Shown: positions 38,804 to 53,783, counted from the first letter of the stretch. The stretch is DNA of 64,000 nt from Eledone cirrhosa (GCA_964016885.1 OZ024740.1:320168001-320232000), one strand, 5' to 3'. The notes: generated by a model from the sequence alone, not told the origin. Numbers and translations are program-made.

Positions 38804-39816
38804 CCCACTCTCTCTCACTCTCTCTCTCTCTCTCTCTCTCTCTCGCTCCCACTCTCTCTCACTCTCACTCTTGCTCTCTGTTATTAATAATGAATGGTAT
38901 CATCAATTCCTATATGCTGGTGAAAATATTTTATACAATGCTACTGTGAACAAAGACAGAATGATCAGGTTAACTCTAATTCTTAGAAAATAAGGCAGTA
39001 GGAATGTTTTTTTTTCTTAAAAGTCAATGTCTTGTAAGAATGTACGAACATTTTTGATTCTATATAAGACAAGGATACTTCCAAGAAATAGTAACACTCA
39101 GAGAAAATGTATCACATCAACCAAGTTTTTTAAATTAAATCAAAACATTATTTTACAAGTCTAAAAGTAGCATAGAAGACCTGCTGTGTAAATGTATCTT
39201 CACAGATACTGAGAGGATAAACATTTTGCTTACCAACATAATTGCTATATATGGATATACATTCTGTCAACCTGAGGGTAGTGTCAACATCGACCAGAAG
39301 TGTAGCCACCATTCTGAGATTAATTACTTTTATATCTTGTCACATTTCGAAGGCTCTACACAATAGCACACGAACCATAGAGATAATATGAAGCCATAGA
39401 ATCCCATGCTGCAACCGAAAATAGCGATTGTGTGTTGCATTTCTCTAGATGATATTAAACATATAATCTGTAGCTTAAGAGAAATGTCAAAGAATTACGT
39501 TCTTAGTCGCATGATGTTCTTGCGAAATTTTGACATACAATGCTTTCTGTAGGAAGAATAGCGCTGTAGTAACTATATCTACTCTGGTAAAAAAATATTA
39601 CTGATTAAGAATGTATCTACATCCATCAACACAAATAATATTAGTGCAAGCACTCGACTTACTAAAAATAGTTTAATTTCCCTTAAATCACACTGAACCG
39701 TCTTAAAAAGTGATGAACAAATGTTCTACAGATTTAATGTGTAACCTACACAGCAAAAATATACCAGGATTTTGTTGTTTAAATTGTATTGTTTGACTCT
39801 ACATGGTTGTTACTGT

Positions 39817-40560
39817 CTACATTCCAATACTCTGAGCAGGCCAGTTTACTTCGCCATGAGCTCTACTTTCAACCACCTTTAAAGAAACTGACTGGAAGGC
39901 AACACTCCCCCCCCCCCCCCCCCGCCTGATTTTCCGTTTCAACTGAAACTTAAAAAAGTTAATCAGGGCCTCTCCGAAGAGGAAAGTGCCTGTCCTCAAT
40001 GTTTTCAACCACGCCCACCACACAACCTCATTCACTATGGTCACCAGGCAGATGAAAACTGCCTGCCATTCCCGACTAAAGGAAGATGGCGGAATTATCT
40101 TCGCGATTGACTCAGTCGATATCCGGATCCGTCCTACAAACGACAGCAGCTGTTCGACACAGCTCCACGAGTCAGGAATGCTTGGACACAGGACGAGTGC
40201 GTGCTGGATGGTTTCGTTGCTTTGCGCGCATCTTGGACAGTTTTGATTAACGGCAATTCGGTGTCTATATAGCTTATCTCGAACAAGCCGCAGATTTCTG
40301 AAAGTATTCGTCAGCTCTGGACTGGAAGTTCTCAGGAAACAAGCAGCTAATTGACTGGCTTCAAAGCCCAAGTCTGCCCAAGAACGTCGTCGTGTTTCTC
40401 TGCCACTAATCCTCTATAGAACTCCAAAGTGGATTTTCCACCGATCGCAACTGGTAGAAGACTGTGATCGCTTAAAGACATTCCAGTTTGCAATCGGTCT
40501 TTATCGCTCTTTGCTTGACCGAGGATTGTAGCGCCGACAAGGAGACGAGCTGGAGAGAAA
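39817..40560 (-). mobile_element. Old Tx1 ORF2 3' fragment
   Basis: VRDKLYRH..CPRC..HALVLC..FFKFQLKRKIR. Confidence 0.85.
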
Positions 40561-41284
40561 CCTTTAAAAGAGGTGGCTCAACGGGGCTTCAGTAGAATGA
40601 CTGAAACCAGTAAAATACTAAAAGAGAAAATATGCTTTTATAGGTACAACGCTTACTTGGATTTATAACTGTAATTTTTATAGTAGTTTGGATCTAGTAT
40701 TTCTATGTCGTTTGCGGAATGATGTAATGGTGGACAAATATTGGATTTTTTGAAAATATGTTATGATTTCCTGTTCATGAGTTATTTGATGCAGAATGTT
40801 CAAACGAAGAATATGGGTCAATGCTCACACAAAACAAACTCTGAGAGCTCACTGAATTTAGCCTAAATCTATAAATTGTATAATTATAATGTAGTATAGC
40901 ATAAAAGTAGTGAAACGATTTTGTCTAAGGGGAGTGTATATACAACCATAGAGTAGGGATTAAACATTTTGCTTGGCTTTTATTCTCAAGTTAATGAATT
41001 GCAATTCAATACACATTAATCCTACCCTGAGCTCAAAAACGCCATTATATGTATCTATCTGATGAGAATCAAGGAATTATTCTAATGGAAGAATGGTATG
41101 GATAGAGACATAACAGATGAGAACTAACCAAGATTCCAAGATTTTAATAAATGTGTTTCACATTCAGATTGGATCGCTTGAGATTGTTTTAATGCACATC
41201 TGGAACTTTTTCCCAAACAAAAATATAATTAATTTTCTTAAAACACACACATCCTATTTTCGATAAAGTTGAAATTTGAATATA

Positions 41285-41495
41285 CAGGGTGACCACAAAA
41301 CAGTCCTTGATTTCAAATACTTATAATATCAAAACGTAAATGAATATTCTTACAATACTAGTGGCTACAGTTGCATAAACTAACAAAGTTTCTTTCCTCA
41401 TTTACAAAATTGATTTGATCCGCTAGATGGCTGTACAATTCAAGATGGCGTTCACTCGACAACAACGTAGGTGGTGAGTTTTTATGGTCACCTTG
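41285..41495. mobile_element. Tc1/mariner-type MITE
   Basis: TA|CAGGGTGACCA ... TGGTCACCTTG|TA. Confidence 0.75.
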
Positions 41496-42079
41496 TAGAT
41501 TAAAATGTAAAATAACAACATTTTTCATATAGTTGCTGAATGAAAGTAAATGCATTACGTAGTTATATTCGATATAAATTTTAGAACTAACCGAAACAAG
41601 TAACCATCATGTCAGTAAATAAGATAATATTTAACAATGTACACGAGAGAGAGAAAAAAGTTATAAATTTTCTATGAATTTTCAGTAATACAAAGACCTA
41701 GAAAAGACTCGGTTATGTTTGAAATTGAAATTGTTCTATAGGCAGAGTGGTCTTTAATGCTAAATTTATGGTTTGTAATGTTGGTATCATTTAAGCTCTT
41801 AACACTAGTACATATCAAGTAAATGTACACAGTAATTTTATGCAAAACATATCCCAAAGGATTTTAAGTTAGTAAAGGAACAAATATGTTTATTATAACG
41901 TTACTAACGGACAGAAGCGTTCAAAGAAACGACTCTCATACTATAAAATTTTCGTTACTTAATGACACCAGCCTCTCCCTCAGCCTTTCTTTCCATCTCA
42001 TTCTTTCTGGTTCTCTTTCACACAAAATCTTAATTCACCCCATCCGTTATAGCTATCTATCTACTAGCTATCCCCCCCC

Positions 42080-42143
<64 letters not shown>

Positions 42144-42293
42144 CCTGTACAGTCAATAGTTATTAGAATGCTTTGAAGTGTCTATCTCTCTCTATATATA
42201 TTATATGTATATATATTATATATTCTAATAAATATTGACTGTACAGGTAATCAAAGTGTGTATACATTTTTGGGGACACCTTGTATATATATG

Positions 42294-42361
<68 letters not shown>

Positions 42362-43106
42362 TGTATGTATGTATATATGTACTATCTATCTATCTATCTG
42401 TACATCCTTTTATTTATCTATCAATCTACTCGCGTGTGTGTTTGTTGAATTTAATGTACTTTGCTTGATGCTGATATTTGCATGTGTATCGTGAACGGCA
42501 AGAAGTAGACTTAAATTTCACTTCCTTTCACCAAGACTGAGGACATCTCCACGCCATCTGCAAGACTTCTTTTGCTATCAGACGGTAAGAACTTTGAAAA
42601 TGTACATCAACTTTCCGGTACTGTTTATGCAAATGCTGTCCAATTTTATTACTTTTTTTTTTATTCACAGACGTTGACATTTTCTTTACTCTGTAGTTAA
42701 AATAGTACTTGATGTAAGTGTCAATTACATTACATTTGCATAATATGCTGCAAACTACAATTCTTCCACTTTCAAAGCATTTGAATATTTCTACAGTTCA
42801 GGTTTATTGATGTTGATGCATCATCATGAATTGCAGTTAATACATATTTACAATGCTGTCTCACATTTCATTGCATTATCATCCTAAGTTAGCATTTTAC
42901 CGTAGCAGCCAATAACACTCACGTTTCTTCGGGCGTTCACAATTTACCATGTTAACGTTTCAAAAAAAAAAAAAAAAAAAAGAAACAAAGAAATCAATGG
43001 ACAGTGATCCAGTTGGTTGTCGAGACATGTTTAACGCCAGCAGACAGCAGATATCTCAGTTACATAAATAAATATATATGTGTGTATATCTGTGTGTCTA
43101 AATATA

Positions 43107-43230
43107 GAGGGTGGAGCATAAGTTGCACATAAATTGGATAGGAGTTTTTTTAAATATGTTTCTAATCGTATTTCTTACAAAGTCTGAATAACAATATAAT
43201 ATACCACCTATGCAATTTATCGCCACCCTG
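43107..43230. mobile_element. Short Tc1/mariner-type MITE
   Basis: TA|gAGGGTGG..ATAAGTTGCA ... TGCAATTTAT..CCACCCTG|TA. Confidence 0.6.
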
Positions 43231-43233
43231 TAC

Positions 43234-43360
<127 letters not shown>

Positions 43361-43856
43361 CACATGTATATATGCGTGTGTGTATGTGTCTTTGTGTAAG
43401 TGTTTCTGTAAGTGTGTGTCATTGTGTGTGTGTACATACTGCTCTCTGGGTGGTTTCTGCTAGTGTGTGTTTATGTATGTGTGTGCGGGTGTTTCGTACT
43501 GAGTCTTCAATGTATACAAATGTATGAAAAAGAGAAAACTATAGTTTTGACGTGCAAATGCTACCATCTTGCACCAATATATGATATTTCGTTTTTCGGT
43601 AGATCTAATTCAATAGAATGAAGTTTATTCGCTAGAGAATTATAATTCCTAACATAATCGAGCAAAGATGAGTATGAACCAGTCTCCGAAGTGATATTTG
43701 GTGTGATAAGTAAGGATATGATTTAAACAGCTTAGCACAACACCCACGATGAGTTTCAAACTGGTACAGGTGTCGAATAAAATAGATTTTTATCAACTCT
43801 TGAACGCTCTATAGCCAAAATTCTAAGTCAGTACTGTATAACGAATCGCTTATAAT

Positions 43857-44035
43857 GGTTTCTGATTTAGGTACAAGGCCAACAATTTTGGAGGAGTGTA
43901 AAGTCGATTAAATCGATCCCAGTGCATTACTGGTACTTTATTTTATCGACTCCGTAAGGATGAAAGGCAAAGCTAACCTCGGTGAGATTTGAACTCTGGA
44001 CGTAAAGGGCCACAACTCTGTGTCGCAACGCATGT
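43857..44035 (-). mobile_element. Nin-type SINE
   Basis: Same body as 11741-11920 and 55637-55850. Confidence 0.75.
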
Positions 44036-44395
44036 TAATAAAAATGTAAAACTACTTTTGTGGTGGAAGAACAATACGAACTCGCACGACATATTTAATT
44101 TTGCGGTATATTCACTTTAATACGATACCTTCGTTTCTGTTGACTGCGTGGGTGCAGTATATAAGTAGAAGTATTCTTGTACAGCACCAATTAAGTTCTT
44201 ACTGAACAGATGTATGGTATGTATGGACACGTGACTCCTGAGAGAGTCGTAAGTGCACCACATTGGCATAGGACGTTTCTAGGGCATTTTTAAATATGGC
44301 AGAGCCCCATCTCCTCTCAAGGTCTGAACGCAGCTGATTTCTTGCAGAGAAGGATAGAGAGCGAGAAAATTAAAGAGAGAAAGAGATATGGAGAA

Positions 44396-44557
44396 AGAAT
44401 CGACCCCAGTACGAGACTAGTATTTTTTTTATTGACCTCGAATGAATAAAAATCAAAGTGGACTTCGGCGGAATTTGAACTCAGAGAGCAGAAAACCGAA
44501 ACGAATACTGCAGAGCATTCTATCCGATGTTCTAACGGCTCTTCCAATTCGCCGCCT
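44396..44557 (-). mobile_element. Nin-type SINE with tRNA-like head
   Basis: Minus strand begins GGCGGCGAATTGG (A-box-like) and contains GAGTTCAAATTCC (B-box). Confidence 0.75.
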
Positions 44558-44748
44558 TGTATGCTTTGATAAAAGGCGTTCAAGCAATGAGCATGCTGTC
44601 ATTTTGTAGATCAGTGAGTACAGTGTTCCATTTCTTCTATGAGACTGTAGGTTGGGGGGTGAACTATCTGAGAGAGTTGTGGATGCAATCTTATCAGAGC
44701 TATCGGTTATTTAGAGTCTCCTACTTCGTTCATACTCACACACATACT

Positions 44749-44825
<77 letters not shown>

Positions 44826-44826
<1 letters not shown>

Positions 44827-47800
44827 TTTCTGTTTATTTGCCACTAGGGCACAAAAGAAAGGGACATGTACATGGGTGGGGGGAGTTTACATAAAAATCG
44901 AGTAAGAAAAATATAACAAACAAAATAATAACAAGAAGGTCCTCAATAGGGAGGGATCGTTTTGGGGTCACACACACCCCCGAAAAAAAGTGTGCGACCC
45001 TTCTCCACGGGAGCACAAAGAGAGGGTGCTCCCTTCTTTCTGTTCCACCTACAGGCTGAGGTAGAGAGAAGGCCCATTCACACGGGCCATTCTCGCAACT
45101 TTCACCCACCTTTCATAAAACTGGCTGGAGTGGAGCACCTCTCTCTCCATCCTGATCCTTCTACCGAAATGGTATCGGAAGAAAAGGACCAGTTGTTGGC
45201 CGGAGAGAAAGGTGTCCGACCTCAGCCCTTTCAGACGCGTCCACCATATAGCCTCTTTTACCATGGCTATTACACAGAGGAAGACCGCCTCTCCTTCATT
45301 TTTGAAGGGGAGAGGCGGCTTGATCGTTACAATGGACTCGGTGGTCAACCTAATTGGTCCCACCCGTGACAGCAGTTGTTCGACATAGCCCCACAGATCG
45401 GCAACGCCCGGGCAGTGCACCAATGCGTGCGCGACGGTTCCCTCGTCGCGCACGCATCTCGGACAGATCTTTTTCGAGGGGTCCCTACCCGGGCGCCCGT
45501 GTCTGTAGAGCTTATCCCGAACGGACAGAGCCCCTCGGTAGCACTTCCAGGCCAAGGACTTCTGGAAGTTGTCCATAGGTCCCGGGCCGAAAGTCCTACC
45601 GAATAGACTGGCCAGTTCGTACTCCTCCATGCCTAGGGCTTCTCCGAGGGCGTCGTCGCACCCGCTAACCACCATCCCTCTATAGAATGACGAGGTGGAG
45701 TCTCCGTCGATAGCCGGGTCTGCCTGCCAGAGAGCCGTGAGCGCCTGGGCACACTCGGTGTGCCAGTCGCCCAGTTTTCTCGGTCTTTGCTTCACCCAGG
45801 ACTGCAGCTCGGTGAGCGAGACGAACCTCGGGAAGGCTCGCCTCACAAACGGGGCCCACACCGGTTGACCGGTGAGGAATACGTGGAGGTGCCTTAGCCT
45901 CAATGCGTGTTTACGCATTTTTAGCCACGGCATCCCCAGCCCTCCTTTCAAAGGGTGTTGACAGCAGATGGATCTCCTCACCAGAGGAGACCTCTTCTTC
46001 CAAAGGAAATAAAAGAGGGCGCGCTCCATTTTGGCGAGGATCTCACCCGGGCAAGGCACGACAGTCAAGCGGTAATAGATGACGGACGCTATGTAAGCGT
46101 TCGCCACCTCCTCCCGACCTTTTAGGGATAGTTTGCACTCGGCCCACTTCTGGGTCAGTGCAAACACCCTATTCGTCACCTCACCCCAGTTTTTCTCCAC
46201 CTGGAGGTCCGGTCCGAACCAGACCCCAAGCAACTTCACCGGGCCCTCCGTCCACCGTCCGACGATACCGTCGCACGACATCGCTTTGCCCCTCCACTCG
46301 CCGAGTTGCAAAGCGACTGACTTGTCCCGGTTCAGCTTAGCCCCTGTCAACCTTTCGTACTCCTCTAGTAAGGTGCCGATTGCCTCGATTTCCGAGGTGG
46401 TCGACACCATTACTGTTACGTCATCGGCGTAGGCCGACACCGCTTTGCGCAATCCCGGTTCCAAAGGGATGCCCTGCAACAACTCCAACTTCCGCAGTAA
46501 TGGCTCGAGAGCCAACACATACAGAAGGGAGGAGAGAGGGCACCCCTGTCGGATGGAGCGGGTGATTTCGAACGGCTCCGAAAGGTAGCCGTTCACCTTG
46601 ACTCTAGAGCAGATGCGGCTGCTGTGCATGGCAGTGATCCAGCCCCTGAAAACGGGTCCGAACCCAGCCGCCGCTAGCACCGCATCCAGGTAACCATGGT
46701 CCACCCTATCGAACGCTTTAGACTGATCTAAATTTATCAGGGCCCCACCAAAGCCGGGTTCGTTCCCAACCCTCTCTATGATGTATCGCATGAGGTGGAG
46801 GTTGTCGTGGATGGACCTGGACGGGATAGCGCATGTCTGCGCATCTCCCACCAGGCCCCCCACGACAAACGCCAACCTCTTCGCTAACACCTTCGCCAAA
46901 ATCTTTAACTCTGCATTTAGCAGAGTTATGGGCCTAAAATTACTAATGTCATCCCCCTTGTTCTCGTCCTTCCTCACTAGCGAGACTACGCCCTTGGTCA
47001 CAGAACAGGGAATTCTCCCGTTCTGTTGCCAGTTGCAGTAGACCGCCTCGAGGAGATCAGGGAACAAGTCCGGCATATTAATATATAGTTCGTAGGGCAG
47101 ACCATCGAGTCCTGGAGATTTGCGTTTGCCGCATAGGCTCAGCACGTCCCCTATTTCAGCTGCTGAGATCGGCCCGTCGCAGGACCTCGCCTCCCTGTCC
47201 GAAAGACGCGGCAGGCCGTCGAGGTATGGACCGAAATCCACATCTCCAACCGGCTCCCCGCCCCTCCCGAACAATTGGGCAAAGTGCCTTTGAAAGGCCT
47301 CGCACATTTGCTTAGGTTCAAGGATCACCCGTCCATCCTGGTCTCGCAAAGACCGGATAGTGGATTTAATCCCACTTTTCGCTTCTGTCACGCGGGCCCA
47401 GCTAACAGCTTTGGTCCCCTCGTTTCCCAGAGCACGTATTTTGCTTCGGACAACGCAGCCTTCGTGTTTCGCGTCGAAGAACTGGTTCAAGACCGTTCTC
47501 GACGCTTGCACTCTGGCCACGTTGCCGCTTCTCATTGCCTCTTCAACATTAACTACCAACTCCCTTTCCTTCCTATTTCTATCTGAGGCTAACTCCTTAC
47601 TAACTCCTATTGAAACTACTCTAATCTCTCTTTTTAGAGATCCCCACCACCTGTTGTTGACGATGGCGCCCGTCAACTGCTCCTTAACTAAGGTTCTAAT
47701 CCGGTCCCTGTAAGCTCTACTTGCCGGTAATGACAAGTTGAGCTTCCAGTAACCGGGCCCCTGCCTATGCGTTCTATCAATGGACTACGCAGGTCACTAA

Positions 47801-50451
47801 CTTGTGGTCTGAATAGCCCACCATGAGCATTTCTGGACAACTTAAAAAGTCCCTATCCTTAATTCTAACTAAGAACCTATCTAGGTACGATCTAGATTGA
47901 CCACTGTTATTTGACCAGGTCCAGGTTGGTACAGTCGGAAAATCTAGTCGGTATCTATCGGCCAGGTCGAATCGGCCGATTAACCCCTTAAGGCTATTAC
48001 ACCCTCCTCTATCGGGACATGCCCCTACATAGTCCCAACGTGCATCTAGGATACCATTCCAGTCCCCCACTAAAAGCAAGGAGCGGGACGTCCCTAGAAA
48101 AGTCTCCAGACGATGGAAGAAGTCCGACCGCATTGCCCCAAAAGGGGCGTATACGGCGACAAGCCTAAAAGCTTCGCCTTCACCATTGCCAAGGTCCAGA
48201 ACCACGAGTCGACCCTCCGGGTCCAAGTGTACCGTCTGTGTAGCGAGACCCAGATGTTTTTGCAGCAGAACGACAACCCCACCCCCACCTCCAGGCTGAC
48301 ATAGAGATGCGTGCATCTCAAAGTCATCAAAGGTGGGGGTTAGCTGTCGCATGCTGCTGATCCGGGCCTCGCAAATAACCATCACATTTACACATTGTGA
48401 CCTGAGGTCACTTAGAAGTTTAGCTTGCTTCCAAGGTGAGCCCAGGCCACGCGCATTTAGACAACCTACTCTTAAGACAGCCATGTTGGTGGCAAAGAAA
48501 GAGGCACTTACCTCTCTGCGTCCCGGGTTTCGGGTCGCTCAGTTTCCATGGGGCTGGTGGAGGGGTTGATGGGTGGGGTGGTGGTTTGTGGTGGTGTGGG
48601 GGTATTAGTGTGTGGAGGGGTTGGGATCTTTGGAGTTGTGTGGGTGTTTGAGGAGGGGAGGGGAAAACCTTTCAGGAGTACGCGGTTGAGTGGCCTGGTG
48701 CAGGGTGGGCCCACGTCCTCAGGGTAAATGTCTTTCAAAGTTTTGAAAATCTCAAGTGGGATTTTCACCATTTTCAGGTTAGGGAGCCCCATTGCCGTTA
48801 CGAAATTCGGCCCTTCGGTTTGTATCGAAGGGTTGGTTTCTATTTTTAAAGTTAGGTTTTCATTGTTTTTGTTTATGTATGTGTAGAGTTTTTGTGTTGT
48901 TGTGTTTGTTTTTGCTTGTTGTTGTTGAGTGAGTTTGCGTTTTATTGTCTGTGTTGTGTTGTCAGGTGGGGTTATTTTTGTTTGTGTGGTGTGTGTACGT
49001 TTTTTTCTTTTCACTTTTTGGAAGGGAGCCCCCTCGTCTTCCGACGATATGAGCTCCTCTTCCGTATTGGAGGGGAGGGGTATATCTCCGGGTTGTGTAT
49101 GAACTGTTTTTGTATTTGTGTTCTGTGGGGTGGGGCTGGGTGGGACCGTGTTTTGGGTTGTTTTCTTGAGCTGTTGTTGATGTTGTTGTTGTTGTGGTGG
49201 TGGTGGTGGTGTTGTTGGTTTTTGTTGTCGTTCTGGTGGTGATGGTAGTGTATTTTGTTGTTTTTGTGATGGTGGTGCTGGTTGTTTTTGTTGTTGTTGT
49301 GGTGTTTGTAGCAGTGTTTTTTTTTGTTGTTAGTAGAGGGCAGGCCGTCCTCAGGTGACCTCTGCCAGCGCAGTGGTAACATGAGGGTCTCCTGCCTTCC
49401 ACTGTGATATTTATGAAGCTTCGCCCATCCAGTAGCACTCGGTCGGGTATTCCGGAGAGTCTCTCAGGTGTCATCTGTAAGAGAACCTCCAGACTTTTCC
49501 CCCCCCCCGAACAGTCCACTGGTGGACTCCCCTGCTGAAATGAGTATGTCCTTATCTAGGTCGGTAAATCCTGTTAGGACGGACCAGATGTTAATTTCTG
49601 GTGTAGGGCTCCACATTCTTATCCTTTGTGTTCTTCTTCCTTTATATGTGGGGAAGAAGGTGTATTGTGGTGACACTATAGGTGCCACCGAATATTTCTG
49701 AGCCAACATTTCGTCCTTCATTCGGACCATAATGCTGGCATACAGCTTTCCTTTTTGAATAAAGAGTATGTCCTTTTTAATGTCTTTCAGAACCAGCTCA
49801 ATTTGACTTTCGGTCAATTGCGCTGGCTTTCTCGTTTCGTTGGTTATGGTTCTGTAGGTTACGGTATTCTTGTAAATCTGTTGACGCACTTCTTCTGGGG
49901 AGTTGATCGTAAAAGAACCATCCTCCCCAAAAGATACGTATTTTCTAGCCTCTAGCAAATTTTCCTTAGCGTTCGTGATGTCAATGGGTTTGTATTCCGT
50001 GGCTTTCCTGAGTGTTTGGGCAAAAGAAATTTTGTTGTCTGTGTTTGTTGTTGTAATGTTGTTGGTTTCCTTATTTGTGGTGTTATTTTTTTCTTGAAAA
50101 TTAATTTTTTCATTTGAATTAAAATTCTTTTTTTTTTTATTGGAGAGGAGGGGCTGTTCAACAGTTTGAACTGTTGTTCCCTCTTTCCCGCTTGTTTTTT
50201 TGGTCGGCGTGGCGTTCGCTTCCAATATGGCGATATCGTTTTCGACGATAACGTTATCAACGATATCGATAAACATTTCTGAAATATTTATTTTTTCACC
50301 CCAAAAGGGGTGAAAATATATTTACCCTGCGTCTATAGTCCCAGACTAGGGGTTAGAGTTAATGATACAAAAGAATTCAAAAGAATTCACTCACAAATAT
50401 AGCAGGTAAAATTCCAAATCACAGAGCGATATGAAACACGTCTACTATCCT
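44826..50451 (-). mobile_element. Tx1 copy D, full length, inserted in (CAGA)n
   Basis: ORF1 50276-48508 in three frames (CYHCAGRGHLRTAC); ORF2 48484-45049 with one frameshift near 47777; (CAGA)n at ~44783-44825 and 50452-50481. Confidence 0.93.
45049..48484 (-). pseudogene. Tx1 ORF2 of copy D, single 1-bp frameshift
   Basis: 235-aa APE piece plus 895-aa RT-zf piece; catalytic motifs intact. Confidence 0.9.
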
Positions 50452-50481
<30 letters not shown>

Positions 50482-50483
<2 letters not shown>

Positions 50484-50593
50484 ATGAAAGGTAAAGTTGG
50501 CCTCGGCGGAATTTGAACTCAGAGAGCAGAGAATCGGAATGAATCCCCCAAAGCATTCTATCTGACGTTCTAACAATTCTGCCAATTCGCCGC
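50482..50593 (-). mobile_element. Nin-type SINE, 5' half
   Basis: aatgaaaggtaaagttggcctcggcggaatttgaactc...gccaattcgccgc. Confidence 0.7.
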
Positions 50594-52262
50594 GTTTGAG
50601 TTAAATAATTTTAGCTTAGAAAGGTTTAATTTAACGTTGTTATCATAATCGATGAAAATCGTTTCCTGGTATAACAATATTTGTCTTATTTTATTCATAT
50701 ACCGTTAGCTAATTTAATAGCTAATTTATCATGTCTAATTCTAAAGAAGTTTTCTCTTATTTCCTCTTCTTTTATTTTTCCACTGAAATAGGGATGTTTT
50801 CTAGCCAAAGACCAACTGCGTGGAATTTGAGAAAGATGATCACAGATGAATCTTACTTGATATATTGCATTAATTATTCCGGTGACTGGATAGGAAAGGC
50901 GGCTCAAAATTTTGAAAGATCTGTTATGTATGCACTAAAAAACTTTTGCAAAATCGTTTTGAAAACTCTGATAAACAGAAGACTAGAAACAAATGTTAAC
51001 TGATTGAAAATATGTAAGTGAAATATGTTAGAAATTCGAGGACAATTGTATAGATTTATACAGACAAATATCGAGACAAATATAGCCATGAACCAATCTA
51101 GAGAGCATCTACGCTGTTGTTTGATATGCTAGAAATAGCATCCCCAAATTTTCTCAAATCACAGGTTACTGCCTAAAACTAACAAGACACACTTGATTAT
51201 GTAGCCCTATATATATATATATATACAACGCTGGAATATGAAATCATATGATCATAACTGGAATGTCTTTGATAGTCAGTGTGTTCTTGCGTGTTAAAGA
51301 AAAGACTATGGAATATGAAGTCCCTGATACACAAAAAACATTGGAAGGTTGTTACTAGAATACCTTTGAATAAAGGTTTGTCGACTTATGGCTAAACAAT
51401 ACCAACTAAAACAACATTTAATGCATGCCGTTAATCTGTTGAAGTTGATGACTAAAATAACGTCAATTTATTGATGTTCGGAGAGCTGAACATGCATAAC
51501 ATTTTGTATAATTAAGCTAATATTTCTGGTATTTTAAGTTAAAAGACAACATTTCCTCATTTATTGAAGGAAATTTAATTTATCAATGTGTGTAATCTTC
51601 ATCAAGCTAGTGAAAGTCTGAAAGTGAGTTAATTTTTTTATGCGATCCCATTTAGCCTAACTTCCTGTAGTGGTACCAGTGAGACCGGGAGAAGATCGGG
51701 ATCAAAATCATTGTGTCACTCATTATCCTCCAGGCTTCCTGGACATCTTCCTGTTACAAATAATTATTTTGTTTTTATTAAAGAACATTGTTTTAATGAT
51801 ACTTAATTTTTTTAGATTAACATTTACTCCCACAAAACATTTTTAATTTGTGTATTGCTGCAAACTGTACTTTGATGCACCTTGCTGCGAAGTATAGTTT
51901 GCAGCTTCTTCTTCGCCCACTTATTCCTGAGAGGGTCGTGGGGGCAAAGTCCTCAAACAAGGATTCTGCCCCTACGACCCCCCCCCCCCCCTCTCACTCT
52001 CTCTCTCTCTTGTAAATGTCAACTTTGTTCAGTCGCGGAAAGGGATGGGCTCTGCCAGGTTTTAAAATTGCCACGGCACCCCTACATCTCCATCAAATAT
52101 TATGAGTACATACATGCATATATATATATATACATACATACATACATGCATGCATACATACATGCATACATACATGCATACATACATACATACATACATA
52201 CATACATACATACATACATACATACATACATACATACATACATACATACATACATACATACA

Positions 52263-52854
52263 TGGTGGCTGCCAACTCGTTTTCTAGTACGGCCACTACT
52301 TTATATCCATGTAGGAGAACCCCTACCGATGCGCTGAACGAGCGTGACTTTTTAGTCCAGCCAGCGACTTGAAAACTCTGGTACAAACACTACACTTGTG
52401 ACAATTATTGACACATAGTGCTGGGCCCATGGTACCATGTGATGACAAGTGCAGAGAGATCTCCAGATATAAAGCAATGCATGTGCCGTGAAGCTTTTAT
52501 AGTGAGCAAAGGCACTGCACAAAGCCAGTCCCACTCTCTTTACCAAAAAGAAGAACAAATCAACATCATTGGATACCATCAGGGTTGCAGGTGTTATATC
52601 AGAGTTTTCCTTCTCCTAGAATTCTGCCTTGACAAAGGCTAAGGGGTCATCTCTCCCGGTGATTTTGGATGGCCATTGACTCTTAAGAGCTCCTTTGCCC
52701 TTTGACAGGTTTTGTTTTTAGTCCTGCAGGATGTCCAAAGCCACCCTCCTCACCAAGAAACATTGGTGGGGTTGCCAGTTTAGTCGCCAACGACCCGACC
52801 ATGAGACAGGTTGTACTGGGATACATGTTACCAGTAGCACCAACTGGTGACCTG
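52263..52854 (-). mobile_element. Non-autonomous RTE-related retroposon, copy 3 (small internal deletion), within (CATA)n
   Basis: Identity to copies 1 and 2; CATA runs on both sides. Confidence 0.85.
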
Positions 52855-52960
52855 ACATAACATACATACATACATACATACATACATACATACATACATA
52901 CATACATACATACATACATACATACATACATACATACATACATACATACATACATACATA

Positions 52961-53033
52961 GAATCTTGTGTCTATGTTAGAAACCGACTCTCTCTCTATT
53001 GGTAAAACTTTGTGAAATTATAAAACCAGAAGA
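52961..53033 (+). mobile_element. 3'-terminal fragment of the R4/Dong element within (CATA)n
   Basis: ctattggtaaaa.tttgtgaaattataaaaccagaagaa matches 26531-26569. Confidence 0.75.
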
Positions 53034-53575
53034 ACATACATACACACATACATACATAAGCTTAAATCTTAGATTTAGAGTGTGATGGTGTCCAGCACTT
53101 TAACCAAACTTCACTGTAATAAATATACATTAACAAAGAAACAATAGTGCCTTACACGTGTTTGCAAATGTTCAAAGATAGTCGTGTTGCACAAATGGGG
53201 GTTTATTTCTTCCAGATAACATATATACGACAAATGCCCGAGTCATGAAGATGTCAGACTGCAATCCTAACTGAATCATATCATTTATGTTTCATTGTAC
53301 CCATATCTCGAACAGTACAGTCCATCTAGTTGTAGATACAACTTAGTATAACCCCTCTTTGTAAGATGTCTGACTCAATACTATAATAGTTATAAGTGTT
53401 TCGTTAGCGCTGACTTAAACTACTTCATGAGTACATAGTCTGTAGAATTGATAAGAAGGATAATTCTTTCTTTCTGTCTTTCTTTCGACCCCCACCCTCT
53501 CTCTCTCTCTCTCGGTGAGAAATTAATAAAGACAATTTTTGTAACCAGAAAAACGTACATTAACATCTATTTATG

Positions 53576-53641
<66 letters not shown>

Positions 53642-53783
53642 GTTTATGTAGGGAATAGAAGAGACAGAAAAGGAAGGGTCGGTCACAGATTGGTGTGACG
53701 GAAGAGCTTTGGTGGAGGAATAAAGATAAAGAAAAGTTATATGGTGCGTGTGTTCAATTGGCAAAATAGCCATCCTTAAATAT

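Noticed and set aside
40640-42960. Faint hAT/Charlie-like transposase traces (e.g. EEYGSML, ILSKG, LDSIC)
   Set aside because: Too degenerate to call without a profile search; no TIRs or 8-bp TSD found.
44396-44557. Functional tRNA genes suggested by A/B boxes
   Set aside because: The boxes belong to SINE heads; no cloverleaf could be folded.
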